Shown here piece after piece: positions 34,109-43,290 of a stretch of 64,000 nucleotides of DNA. Source of the stretch: Lachnospiraceae bacterium (lineage in GTDB: Bacteria > Bacillota > Clostridia > Lachnospirales > Lachnospiraceae); the NCBI GenBank assembly GCA_017428265.1, contig JAFRRD010000027.1:19209-83208 (forward strand), written 5' to 3'. The position numbers were made by a program, and so were the translations under genes. The notes beneath the pieces were generated by a model. That model ran no database searches, had not been told where the DNA came from, and was given only the letters and a program-made list of their open reading frames with translations. Every line of letters starts with the position of its first letter. Position 1 is the first letter of the stretch.

Positions 34109-34870
34109 TTAAGCTGTGCACCAGCCTCCGTCAACAGCCAACTCGGCGCCGCTGATATAACCAGCCTCATCCCCCGCCAGGAATAAAACTGCTTTCGCAA
34201 TTTCAATCGGATCGCCGGGAGCAGGAGCTGTTGCCAGATTTGCTTTCAGCTTGCCGTACGCTTCCATATTGGGCATCCCCATGGAACCGGAAATCTCGGT
34301 CTTAAAACCGCCGGCAATAATGCAGTTGGAACGGATCCCCTCCGCCTTGTACATATAGGCCGTATTCCGGGAAAGCGTCACGACCGCGGATTTGCTGGCA
34401 CAGTAGACAGCTCCGGCACAGGTCTTATACGCACCTTCCGACGCAATATGTACGATTGATCCGGGCGTTCCCTGTGCTTTAAAGGTATTCACTGCCTTGC
34501 GGGTCGCATAGAAAGGACCGAAGACGTTAACATTAAAGACGGCCTGCAGTTTTTCGTCGCTGAAATCTCCGACAGCTGCCATATCGTCCATAATACCGGC
34601 ATTATTGACCAGAATATCCAGTTTCCCGAATTCACTGACCGCAAAATCGATCATGGCTTCGTTGACATCTTTCTGAGAAATGTCCCCGGGATACACGGCT
34701 ACAACGCCTTCTTCACCGCTTAAGTTCTTTGCAAGCTCTTCCAGGCGCTCTTTTCTTCTGGCAACCGCCACGACCTTGGCGCCTTCTTTGGCAAACAGCG
34801 TAACAATCTCTTTGCCCATTCCGCTGCTGGCTCCGGTAACTACTGCCACCTTACCTGTAAGTCTTCCCAT
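34109..34870 (-). CDS. short-chain dehydrogenase/reductase (SDR) family oxidoreductase
   Basis: TGASSGMGKE cofactor motif, NNAG, and a YxxxK-type motif (YCASK). Confidence 0.85.
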   Translation of the reverse strand: MGRLTGKVAVVTGASSGMGKEIVTLFAKEGAKVVAVARRKERLEELAKNLSGEEGVVAVYPGDISQKDVNEAMIDFAVSEFGKLDILVNNAGIMDDMAAVGDFSDEKLQAVFNVNVFGPFYATRKAVNTFKAQGTPGSIVHIASEGAYKTCAGAVYCASKSAVVTLSRNTAYMYKAEGIRSNCIIAGGFKTEISGSMGMPNMEAYGKLKANLATAPAPGDPIEIAKAVLFLAGDEAGYISGAELAVDGGWCTA

Positions 34871-35019
34871 TTTTATCCCTTCTTTCTTTATTTCCCGCCT
34901 GCACGGTTATTATGTATTAACAAAGATACCATTTTTTGTCGTCAACTTCAAGTTGATTCTCTTACCTACTGCTCTTCGAAACGCAGACGCCAAACAATCT
35001 CCGGACGAAAGTATATCGG

Positions 35020-35223
35020 ATGTGCCGGGATTTGGAGATCCAGCAGCGATCTCCACACAAATTCCGCAAGACTTTCATCTCGCGGCTGATCAATGGCGGA
35101 GCCGACGTCGATTTCGTCCGGGAACAGGCCGGTCATCAGCAGATCGCAACCACGTACAACGCGTATGTTTTCTCGACTACGCGGGACGAAGAAAAGATCA
35201 ATTTGCTTAATTCCCTAAGCTGA
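35020..35223 (+). pseudogene. tyrosine recombinase, C-terminal 67-aa remnant
   Basis: RSPHKFRKTFISRLINGGADVDFVREQAGHQQIATTYNAYVFST aligns with the C-terminus of the integrase at 56505-57187. No N-terminal part lies upstream. Confidence 0.7.
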
Positions 35224-35486
35224 AAATGAGCACAAAAAAAGCGTTCAAATTCGGCTTTGGCCTCAATGCTTTTTGAACACTCAAAAAATCAGATTATTTC
35301 AAAAAAAACAGACCACAACAGCGCTTAAGAAACTTAAGCGAAGCACGCTAAAAACTTAATATAATTCTGTTTTCGACACTTTTTTGCCCATTCAGAAGAC
35401 CTTGGCCTCAATTTGGCCTCAATTTCTACCCGTATCAAAAAAGCTCGAAATCGCTGATACAACAACGCTTTTCGAGCTTTTCGCGA

Positions 35487-35508
35487 GCGGAGAAGGAGGG
35501 TTTTGAAC
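35487..35508. repeat. direct repeat of the tRNA-Ser 3' end (att site, 1 mismatch)
   Basis: GCGGAGAAGGAGGGTTTTGAAC compared with GCGGAGAAGGAGGGATTTGAAC in the tRNA. Confidence 0.75.
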
Positions 35509-35650
35509 TCAGGGGCCAACCTTCAAAAAACCTAGTAAAAATAAGGAGGTTTCGTGCATCGTCCCTTTCCCCGGAACATAATTGTGCCACTTTTTCGGGT
35601 TTTCAGAGCGCGTCGTTAAACGACACTCTCCGTTCCTATTTGAATCCTCT

Positions 35651-36367
35651 TTACTTCAGTTCTATTGCAATCGTCTGGATCTCCAGTCCTTCCGTGTTGA
35701 TCTCCGGGAGATTGCTGACTCTTCCCGGCCAGTTGTCATTGCAATAGGCCTTTACCCCGATAATATAGTACATCGTGCTGCCATCAGTGACCAGAAACAG
35801 CGGATCATCCGGAGAAGTCAAGGATGACAGAGACATTAGAATATTGTCTGGAGTATTCTTTCCCTCATCGGCATAATTCCCCTCATAACCGGTAATAATA
35901 CGTCCGTCAGTCAGTTTCGTTCCCAGGCAGATCCTGCAGATCCTGTCATTTTCCATTACGGGATAACAGAAGGTGTGCTCAGAGTCCGCATCGCCCTGAA
36001 AGCGAAAGATCCGCATTGCCTTGGAAACATCGGCGCCTTCGTGCTCTGCAGCAATCAGCTCGCCAACAGAGCTGTCGCCGGCAACGGTTGCCACATACAA
36101 AGTTGCCACCTCATATTTATCCGGCACCTCATATTCAACCAACTGATAGGCATTCCCCGCATGTACCGTGCTGCTGTCGCCTTCCTTTGGCTGATTATTT
36201 AATACTATCCCAACGGACAAAAGGATCAGCAGACAGGCTGCGGCAACGCCCCATGTCTTCCACGACAGGAGAGCCTGTGCGGCGCCGCTTCGTTTATATT
36301 CGATCGCATCATTCAGAAGAGAATCATCAAGATAATTCATTGCTTCCGTTACAACGTATTCATTCAA
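35651..36367 (-). CDS. putative anti-sigma factor (single-pass membrane protein)
   Basis: 238 aa with a 4-nt overlap (ATGA) with the sigma-factor gene. It has a short cytoplasmic N-terminus, one TM helix and an extracytoplasmic domain. Confidence 0.5.
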   Translation of the reverse strand: MNEYVVTEAMNYLDDSLLNDAIEYKRSGAAQALLSWKTWGVAAACLLILLSVGIVLNNQPKEGDSSTVHAGNAYQLVEYEVPDKYEVATLYVATVAGDSSVGELIAAEHEGADVSKAMRIFRFQGDADSEHTFCYPVMENDRICRICLGTKLTDGRIITGYEGNYADEGKNTPDNILMSLSSLTSPDDPLFLVTDGSTMYYIIGVKAYCNDNWPGRVSNLPEINTEGLEIQTIAIELK

Positions 36368-36918
36368 ATCTCAACACCCCTTTCACTTAAATAATCTTTC
36401 AACCGTTTTCGGCAGCGGGATAATTTGTTTTTAACCTGACTCTCCGAAAACGCATACCGCTTTGCGATTTCTTCTATCGAATCAAAGAAGAAATACTTTC
36501 GGATAAATATGCCGCGTGTACTCTCTTTTTCTGTTTTGAGAAAATCATTGATCAGTTTTCCCAGCTGTTCCGCGTCAGGATCCGGCATACTGAAACTACC
36601 GGGCAGCACTTCTTCCAGTTCCTCTATCGACACTTCTGTCATGCGAGACCGTTTCTGCGCGGCTCCCTGCCGAAATCTTTTTAATGAAATATTCCTTGCA
36701 ATTCGGCTGAGATAAGCCGGAAAGCAACGTGGCTTCGCCGGCGGAATCGTTGTCCATAAACTCATGTACGTATCATTTACGCATTCTTCCGCATCATATT
36801 CATTTCCAAGAATATTGAAAGCTATTCCGAAGCAGAGTTTTCTGTATTTCGTGTCAGTTTCCCTTATTGCATCCTCATTTCTTTCCCAGAACATCTGGAT
36901 CAATTTCTGATCGTCCAT
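36364..36918 (-). CDS. RNA polymerase sigma-70 family factor (ECF-like)
   Basis: Started at MDDQKLIQMFWERNEDAIRET. It has region 2 (AEECVNDTYMSLW) and region 4 (IEEIAKRYAFSESQVKNKLSRCRKRL). Confidence 0.8.
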   Translation of the reverse strand: MDDQKLIQMFWERNEDAIRETDTKYRKLCFGIAFNILGNEYDAEECVNDTYMSLWTTIPPAKPRCFPAYLSRIARNISLKRFRQGAAQKRSRMTEVSIEELEEVLPGSFSMPDPDAEQLGKLINDFLKTEKESTRGIFIRKYFFFDSIEEIAKRYAFSESQVKNKLSRCRKRLKDYLSERGVEI

Positions 36919-37237
36919 GCGCCCCTCCTTTCTTCGCGTTTTGAAAGGTCCTTTCACTTTATACGTACCATTTTCGAGAGCAAGGTATCACAAAAATGTT
37001 GTATTCTAAAAAATTTCCTGTTGTGAAGCCGCGGTTGATATAAATCCTGCAGTGTTTATTGATGTTATGGAGAAACACTTCACCGAAAACAATAACCGCA
37101 TAAGAATGACTTGATTGCGGAAGTTAGTTCCGCAATCAAGTGCTACATTAACAACAACACAAGAAAGGAGGCTCCGGCGATTCCACTTCTTTCTAAACGT
37201 AACTCAATGAAGCTAACTTGATTAACGAAGCAGAATG

Positions 37238-37298
37238 CTCTATCTTTCTTACCCATACGACCATTATACACCCAGTGTCACTTTTTCACCCCAGTCCA
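37238..37298 (-). mobile_element. solo terminal fragment (about 60 bp) of the IS3-family element
   Basis: CTTACCCATACGACCATTATACACCCAGTGTCACTTTTTCACCCCAGTCCA is closely similar to 56455-56504 and ends at the same CAGTCCA terminus. Confidence 0.7.
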
Positions 37299-37370
37299 AT
37301 ACCCTACATAAAAAAGAAGTGCGCGGGCCAATGCATGGCTCTGAACGCACTTCTATTTTCAAATAATCGT

Positions 37371-37799
37371 TTAAAAACCGGGTTTCTGCTCAAACAGTTT
37401 GCCAAGCGTTGCTCTTGCCAACACCTTGTCTGTTCTTTTTTGTACATTCTGAATCTGCATCTCACAGTTCTTGTAAACTGCGGATCTCTTGTCAAAAACG
37501 GCGAAAAGCTGGCCGGTACCTTCGACGGCTTCTATAACATCTAGAAGAGTAGTGTTTAAAAGCGTTCCATCTGAAGCGTAGACTCTTTCTGCCGCCTCTT
37601 GTTCGCTGATCATTTTTATCATCCCGCTTTCCTTTAGATTTTCACACACACGTCCGGCAACGATTTTCGGCGTTCCTGTCTGTGCGGCAATCTCTGTTAA
37701 CGTCATGCCATGTGTTGTGTCCGTACCTCGATCGTCATTGTTTAGTTTTAAGCAATACAGAATCCTAAGTGCATAATCCGTATCTCTTTTAAGCTGCAT
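37371..37799 (-). CDS. Rrf2-family transcriptional regulator
   Basis: MQLKRDTDYALRILYCL... followed by HTH LTEIAAQTGTPKIVAGRVCENL. Confidence 0.75.
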   Translation of the reverse strand: MQLKRDTDYALRILYCLKLNNDDRGTDTTHGMTLTEIAAQTGTPKIVAGRVCENLKESGMIKMISEQEAAERVYASDGTLLNTTLLDVIEAVEGTGQLFAVFDKRSAVYKNCEMQIQNVQKRTDKVLARATLGKLFEQKPGF

Positions 37800-37912
37800 T
37801 ATGGCAAAGCCTCCTTTGTTAATCTCAATTCACACAATAGTGCTGTATCAACCAAGCTTCATCTATCCTTGCAACGAGGTTATCAGGTTGTTGCTAACAC
37901 CATCCAAACAAA

Positions 37913-37944
37913 TAACAGCGACCCTCATTTTATAGGGCCGCTGT
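37913..37944 (-). terminator. terminator after the response-regulator gene
   Basis: AACAGCGACCCT-8 nt-AGGGCCGCTGTT, with a T-rich tract on the minus strand. Confidence 0.55.
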
Positions 37945-37964
37945 TGTTTAAATAAAACTTATTC

Positions 37965-38753
37965 TTATATTATTTCGTTTAGAATACCAGCAAGGATGTA
38001 TTCTCCCCATGAGTACTCAGACATAAACTCGCCCTCAAAACGATCTCTTTTGCCCATGTTCTTATCTTGCCAGGCGTAATAGTCACAATCAAAGAGCGCG
38101 GTGTTCACCAACTGTCCTCTTTGTGTAGAGATCAAAAGATCTTCAAGATGTTCGGCCTTCAACACCTGCTTTAATCTTCTTAGCGCATTATAGTATACGG
38201 TCATTTCAACATTCCCGTAAGGCCGATCTTCCCAAACGGTACTATAGATTTCTTCGTTGCTGATCTCTTTCCCGCGCCGCGTAACAATTAGAGCTAATAT
38301 TTCTTTTGCTTTTCCGGATAGAGGGAGGGGCTTTCCGTTTCTTAACACCAGAAATCGGCCAAAGGTTTGGATAAACAGATCCTTTTGTTGTCGTTGCAAA
38401 AGCAAACGCAGTTTTTCCATCGTCATTTTAAGAGTTTCTTGGTTGTATGGCTTTATTATGTAGTAATCTCCCCCAATTTGATTAAAATCCCACAGATATT
38501 CATCGTAGGCAGAAACGAAAACGATGATAACATCCGGACGAATTCCTCGGAGTTCTTTTGCAAGCTCAATGCCGTTTGTAATAGGCATTGCAACATCAAG
38601 AAAAGCAGCCTCAAAAGGATGCTCTTTCGCAAAAGCAACTGCTCTTTGTGCCGATTCAAACTGTCCGACAATATTAAGATCTGCAATATCAGCACTTAGC
38701 CTTGCAAAGCGTTTCAGCATAAGAGGCTCATCATCTACTATAATTGCTCTCAT
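37965..38753 (-). CDS. response regulator: REC domain fused to a SARP/OmpR-type winged-helix domain
   Basis: IIVDDEP...FLDVAMP...KPY receiver, followed by FGRFLVLRNGKPLPLSGKAKEILALIVTRRGKEISNEEIYSTVWED. Confidence 0.75.
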   Translation of the reverse strand: MRAIIVDDEPLMLKRFARLSADIADLNIVGQFESAQRAVAFAKEHPFEAAFLDVAMPITNGIELAKELRGIRPDVIIVFVSAYDEYLWDFNQIGGDYYIIKPYNQETLKMTMEKLRLLLQRQQKDLFIQTFGRFLVLRNGKPLPLSGKAKEILALIVTRRGKEISNEEIYSTVWEDRPYGNVEMTVYYNALRRLKQVLKAEHLEDLLISTQRGQLVNTALFDCDYYAWQDKNMGKRDRFEGEFMSEYSWGEYILAGILNEII

Positions 38754-40266
38754 TTATTTGTTTCTCCCTTGGAATCGCTATGGTAACATTTGTTCCTACT
38801 CCGATACAGCTTTGGATGTCAACGGAGGCATTCATCATTCTATCAAGACGGAACATGATGTTTTTCAAGCCGGTAGAGTCTTTTTCTCCTGAGGAAATCG
38901 CCATTTGATATGCTTCCACATCGAAGCCGACTCCATTGTCCTCAACAGTAATCAAAACATTGCCTTCCCTTTCTGCTGTTTTTATCGTTACCACTCCGCC
39001 TTCTTCGCCTCGTTCATAGATCCCATGTCGGATCGCATTTTCGACAATCGGCTGAACACTCAACGGAAGAATCGAAAAGTCTCTTTTCTGAATGTCATAA
39101 AGGACGGTCAATTTATCACCAAAACGCATCTTTTCAATGTTGACGTAAGCCTTAATGTTTGCAAGTTCCTGCTCAAAAGGGATCGGCGCATCATTTGCCA
39201 TGGCACGAATGCAACTGCGAAGATGAATTGTAAAATCACCAATCAACTCTGATGCATACGCAGGATCTTCTAACACTATTTCCTGTATAGAACCAAGTGC
39301 GTTATAGAGAAAATGCGGCTGCATCTGGCTGGTAAAGTTTCTGAGACGACTCATTTGAAGCGCGTTCTCCAGGTCCCGGAGTTCCTTCTCTTTGCGCTGC
39401 TGCTCTGTCAGGTCATAAAGGACGCAGAAGGATAGAATGTCTCCTGTAGATGTGTCATGATACAGGTAAAAGACGATTTTACATGGCTGTAACTGACCGT
39501 CCATCATCCTCATCGAGAAAGAGGCTGAAGCACGTTTTTCGCCATGTTCATAACAGTTGATCAAGTAGTTTCTGTCACTGATTTTTTTGTATTTTTCCTT
39601 GTTTTCTGCTACAAGATGCTCAACGTGCCATTTCTCAAAGGCGCTGTATGATAAAGTGCCTTCTTTTGCCGAGTCATGAAAACTTGCAGGGAGCGCCGCA
39701 GGAAGCTTATATGGCGAATACTCAAGGATAAGGTCTTTTGTGAGATTTGCTTCCAAATATCCCTCAGCACTGGCAAGAATCGCTTCAAGATGATTCAGCT
39801 CCTTGTTGTGCATTGAAGAAAGCTTTTCCGCCAAGGCCTTGTCTTGCCTGAAAGCGGCGTCTACATTTCGAATTCCGATTAAAAAGTGTGGTCGTCCCTC
39901 TACAAGGCCCATAGTGGCCCTCAGCTTATGATACAGTGGTTGCCCATCTATCATTAGTCTGTAAACAAAAGAATAGAATCTTTCCTTGCTTAAGCCAGAA
40001 GACAGAGCCTCCTTTGACAACATGTATCGAACAAAATCCCGGTCCTCGAAATAGACTGCTTGGATCGCTTCTTCGTCTAGGGCGTTAAAAAAGCTATTAC
40101 CTTGCCCCTTAAGATGCAGCGAACTGTAGGAGTCGCTTTCATGAAAGCATTTATATGCCGATGTTTCTGCGTCGACTGCATAAATGCTTTCATAGTTTTC
40201 AAACAACGCTTGGACAATCGCGTCATGAGACAAAGCTTCATGTTTCTTAATGCTGTTGCCGTCCAT
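38731..40266 (-). CDS. soluble LytS/YesM-type sensor histidine kinase
   Basis: 511 aa with no obvious TM helix. It has QMQPHFLYNALGSIQ (His_kinase motif) and an HATPase_c domain (VENAIRHG, DNGVGF). It overlaps the RR gene by 23 nt. Confidence 0.75.
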   Translation of the reverse strand: MDGNSIKKHEALSHDAIVQALFENYESIYAVDAETSAYKCFHESDSYSSLHLKGQGNSFFNALDEEAIQAVYFEDRDFVRYMLSKEALSSGLSKERFYSFVYRLMIDGQPLYHKLRATMGLVEGRPHFLIGIRNVDAAFRQDKALAEKLSSMHNKELNHLEAILASAEGYLEANLTKDLILEYSPYKLPAALPASFHDSAKEGTLSYSAFEKWHVEHLVAENKEKYKKISDRNYLINCYEHGEKRASASFSMRMMDGQLQPCKIVFYLYHDTSTGDILSFCVLYDLTEQQRKEKELRDLENALQMSRLRNFTSQMQPHFLYNALGSIQEIVLEDPAYASELIGDFTIHLRSCIRAMANDAPIPFEQELANIKAYVNIEKMRFGDKLTVLYDIQKRDFSILPLSVQPIVENAIRHGIYERGEEGGVVTIKTAEREGNVLITVEDNGVGFDVEAYQMAISSGEKDSTGLKNIMFRLDRMMNASVDIQSCIGVGTNVTIAIPREKQINESNYSR

Positions 40267-40429
40267 TGTGCCTTTCCTTTCTCAGAAGAGCGTAAACGGG
40301 ATCATTAATAAACACAAACCGCTTACTAACAAACACTATCAACATCATACTAATGCCAAACTAACAACATGTTGCTTTTATAGACTATGTGAATCCATAT
40401 GAGTAGATTTACTCCACATTTTGTGTCAT

Positions 40430-40624
40430 TCAGTCATGTTTGCCATTGTTGTACAGATCATTTTTGCGCGGGTCTTTTGGTTTTTCTGCGTCGGCGGGAA
40501 TCGCCCAAGATCGTCCGAAACGCTCTGCTCCCGGGACTCTGCCTTGAGAGAGGTATTGATTAACACGACGCTCTGATACGTTCCATTTGCCCGCTGCGTC
40601 ACGAATTGAAATATAGTCTTTCAT
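40430..40624 (-). CDS. small helix-turn-helix DNA-binding protein (excisionase/MerR-like HTH)
   Basis: Started at MKDYISIRDAAGKWNVSERRVNQYLSQGRVPGAERFGRSWAIP. Confidence 0.6.
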   Translation of the reverse strand: MKDYISIRDAAGKWNVSERRVNQYLSQGRVPGAERFGRSWAIPADAEKPKDPRKNDLYNNGKHD

Positions 40625-40919
40625 CTTTCCCTCCATGAAATGATCACAATAATACATGTATTGTATTCTATACGAATATTCGTATCTTTTCAAGCCTTTA
40701 TCACGAATTCTATAAAGATACAAAGCAAATACAGTAAGAGACCGAGCACTGTCATTATTCGCTTTGTTGGACTGCTCGTTAATAATTCTCTATCAGTTTT
40801 TAGTTTTGTGTTAGTCCGAAGCATGTATAAAAACAATTAACGTTGCAAATGAAGAAAGACTTTTGCGGCATCTAAAACAAGACGATCTTATCCAGCTCAA
40901 AAAGAAAGGAGGTATTTAT

Positions 40920-42038
40920 TTGGTTCATTTCGTGAACGTTACCATGGCATACGGGTCTCATATTGTGATCGACAAGCTGAATCTCCACGTGGAAGAAGGA
41001 CAATTGGTAGTGTTGATCGGGCCCTCTGGATGTGGAAAAACAACAACGCTGCAATTGATCAACCGATTGATCAAGCCTACAGAAGGAGATATCTTGGTCA
41101 ACAGACAGAACATTAAAAATGTTGACCCTGTAGAACTTCGCCGGAAGGTAGGGTACGTAATCCAGGAAATTGGCCTATTTCCTCATATGACTATAAAACA
41201 AAACATAGAGATCGTACCGCGGTTGCTGGGCTGGGACGAAGAGAGAAAGGCTGCCCGGACCGAAGAACTGATTCAACTGGTAAACTTGGACAGAAAGTAT
41301 CTGAAGCGTTATCCTTCAGAGCTATCCGGAGGACAGCAGCAGCGGATTGGCCTTCTTCGTGCTTTGGCCGTCGAGCCCCCAATCATATTAATGGACGAGC
41401 CGTTTGGCGCACTAGATCCCATCACGAGAGAGTCTCTTCAAAACGAAATTGTTGCCTTGCAGAAAAGATTAAAAAAGACTATCGTCTTTGTTACTCATGA
41501 CATGGATGAGGCTATTAAGATTGCCGACCGAATTGTTCTGATGAAGGATGGAAAAATTGTGCAGGCAGCAGCCTCAAAAGAGTTGCTCAGTAATCCAGCC
41601 AATGAATTTGTGGAGCAGTTCATCGGGCGGCACCGGCTCTATAGCGGAAAAGCCGACACGGTGGCTGACGTGATGAGCGATGAAATCGTCTGTGCTGAAA
41701 AGACCCTGAGTCTTATTGAGGCGGTCGCTTTAATGCGTCACAAAAAAGTGCCGGGGCTGTTTGTGATAGATGATACAAAAAAACTCCAGGGGAAAGTCTC
41801 CATTGAACAGATTCGCAAATCGGAGCTTTCAGAGCAAGACGCACTGGAGACAATCGGCATAGAACAGATCTGTCCTGCTTTTGAAAACCAGTCTGCAAGA
41901 GAAGTTTTCGATAGAATGGAGGCGGAGAAGATTGATGCCCTTCCGGTAGTTGATGAGGCAAACACCGTAATAGGGGTGGTCACGCGGTCCAGCATCGTTA
42001 GGTCTTTGGCGGAGGTGGTTTGGGGGAATCAATCATGA
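40920..42038 (+). CDS. glycine betaine/carnitine/choline-type ABC transporter ATP-binding protein with tandem CBS domains (OpuCA-like)
   Basis: TTG start 7 nt after AAAGGAGG. It has GPSGCGKTT, LSGGQQQR and LMDEPFGALD, plus a C-terminal CBS pair. Confidence 0.8.
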   Translation: MVHFVNVTMAYGSHIVIDKLNLHVEEGQLVVLIGPSGCGKTTTLQLINRLIKPTEGDILVNRQNIKNVDPVELRRKVGYVIQEIGLFPHMTIKQNIEIVPRLLGWDEERKAARTEELIQLVNLDRKYLKRYPSELSGGQQQRIGLLRALAVEPPIILMDEPFGALDPITRESLQNEIVALQKRLKKTIVFVTHDMDEAIKIADRIVLMKDGKIVQAAASKELLSNPANEFVEQFIGRHRLYSGKADTVADVMSDEIVCAEKTLSLIEAVALMRHKKVPGLFVIDDTKKLQGKVSIEQIRKSELSEQDALETIGIEQICPAFENQSAREVFDRMEAEKIDALPVVDEANTVIGVVTRSSIVRSLAEVVWGNQS

Positions 42039-42682
42039 GCAGCTTTCTTACAGAATTGAGCAGGAACTCCCACGCGGTGCTGATCGCTATCGGGCAGCAT
42101 ATAGGGCTTAGCGCAGTTGCGATTTTGTTGGGGATTCTTGTTGCTGTACCGGTGGGTGTACTGCTTACGTATCATACAAGAGCGGCAAAGATCGTTTTAG
42201 GCATATTCAGCGTGGTGAATACCATCCCTAGCATTGTTCTTTTGGGCTTTGCTATGATTTTTCTCGGCATAGGGTATATCCCTGCAACAATAGTTTTGTT
42301 TGTTTACTCTCTGTTACCCATTATGCGCGGAACTTATACAGGGATAAAAGAGGTTAACCCCAATGCACTGAAAGCTGCCAAGGGGATGGGAATGAACCGC
42401 CCCCAGATGCTGCGTTTGGTTCAGTTTCCTCTGGCGATGCCCGCCATCATTACCGGCATCCGCCTCTCTACTATTTATATCATAAGTTGGGCCACTCTGG
42501 CAGCATTTATCGGCGGCGGGGGCCTTGGGGACCTGATCTGGATGGGGCTTCAGTCATATAACTTCCACCTTGTTCTGTGTGGCGCTGTCCCGGTAACGAT
42601 TCTTTCCCTATTAGTAAGTTTTCTCTTGAATCATCTAATCAAACGCGCAAGCCGGCACAAAGGAAAGGAGGTTGCAACATGA
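42035..42682 (+). CDS. osmoprotectant ABC transporter permease
   Basis: Started at MSSFLTEL (ATGA overlap). BPD-type permease with an EAA-like loop. Confidence 0.75.
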   Translation: MSSFLTELSRNSHAVLIAIGQHIGLSAVAILLGILVAVPVGVLLTYHTRAAKIVLGIFSVVNTIPSIVLLGFAMIFLGIGYIPATIVLFVYSLLPIMRGTYTGIKEVNPNALKAAKGMGMNRPQMLRLVQFPLAMPAIITGIRLSTIYIISWATLAAFIGGGGLGDLIWMGLQSYNFHLVLCGAVPVTILSLLVSFLLNHLIKRASRHKGKEVAT

Positions 42683-43290
42683 GCAATATACTTCCTGCCA
42701 TGCTTTCTCACCTAAGGATCACCTTTCTGGGGGTGTTGGCAGCGGTGATTCTGGGATTGCCGACCGCAGCATTTTTGATCCGCCACGATAAACTCCGAAA
42801 AATGTTATTTATTATCGTTGACGCCATCCAGACAGTCCCTTCCCTGGCGATGCTGACGTTTGTGATGCTGATATTTGGCCTCAATGACACCACTGTGATC
42901 GTGGCGATCTTTTTGTACTCTTTGTTCCCTGTTCTCCGAAACACCTATGTTGGGCTGGCGTCTGTGGACAAGGGGACGATCCGCGCCGGCAAGGGAATTG
43001 GCATGACTGATCTGCAGATCTTTTCCATGATACGGTTTCCGTTAGCGGCGCCCATGATTCTCACGGGTATACGCTTGTCGATCGTTTCTGCTTTGGGGCT
43101 TGCAACGACCGGGGTGTTTATCGGCGCGGGCGGACTTGGCATGCTGATCTGGAGAGGGATCCAGACTCGGAACATGGGAATGATGATGTCCGGCGCGGTC
43201 CCGGTTTTTCTGCTGGCGATCCTGTTTGAATATGTCATTGGGCTTTTTGAGAAACAACTAAATAAACGACAAAGGAGGTCCATTTCATGA
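42679..43290 (+). CDS. osmoprotectant ABC transporter permease
   Basis: Started at MSNILPAML (ATGA overlap). Paralogous to the preceding permease. Confidence 0.75.
   Translation: MSNILPAMLSHLRITFLGVLAAVILGLPTAAFLIRHDKLRKMLFIIVDAIQTVPSLAMLTFVMLIFGLNDTTVIVAIFLYSLFPVLRNTYVGLASVDKGTIRAGKGIGMTDLQIFSMIRFPLAAPMILTGIRLSIVSALGLATTGVFIGAGGLGMLIWRGIQTRNMGMMMSGAVPVFLLAILFEYVIGLFEKQLNKRQRRSIS

Larger units (their letters stand above)
30211..35486. mobile_element. integrated element A (degenerate; integrase reduced to a C-terminal stub)
   Basis: It is bounded by att copies at 30190 and 35487. The integrase fragment lies at the tRNA-proximal end, and related doublet repeats lie near both ends. Confidence 0.55.
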
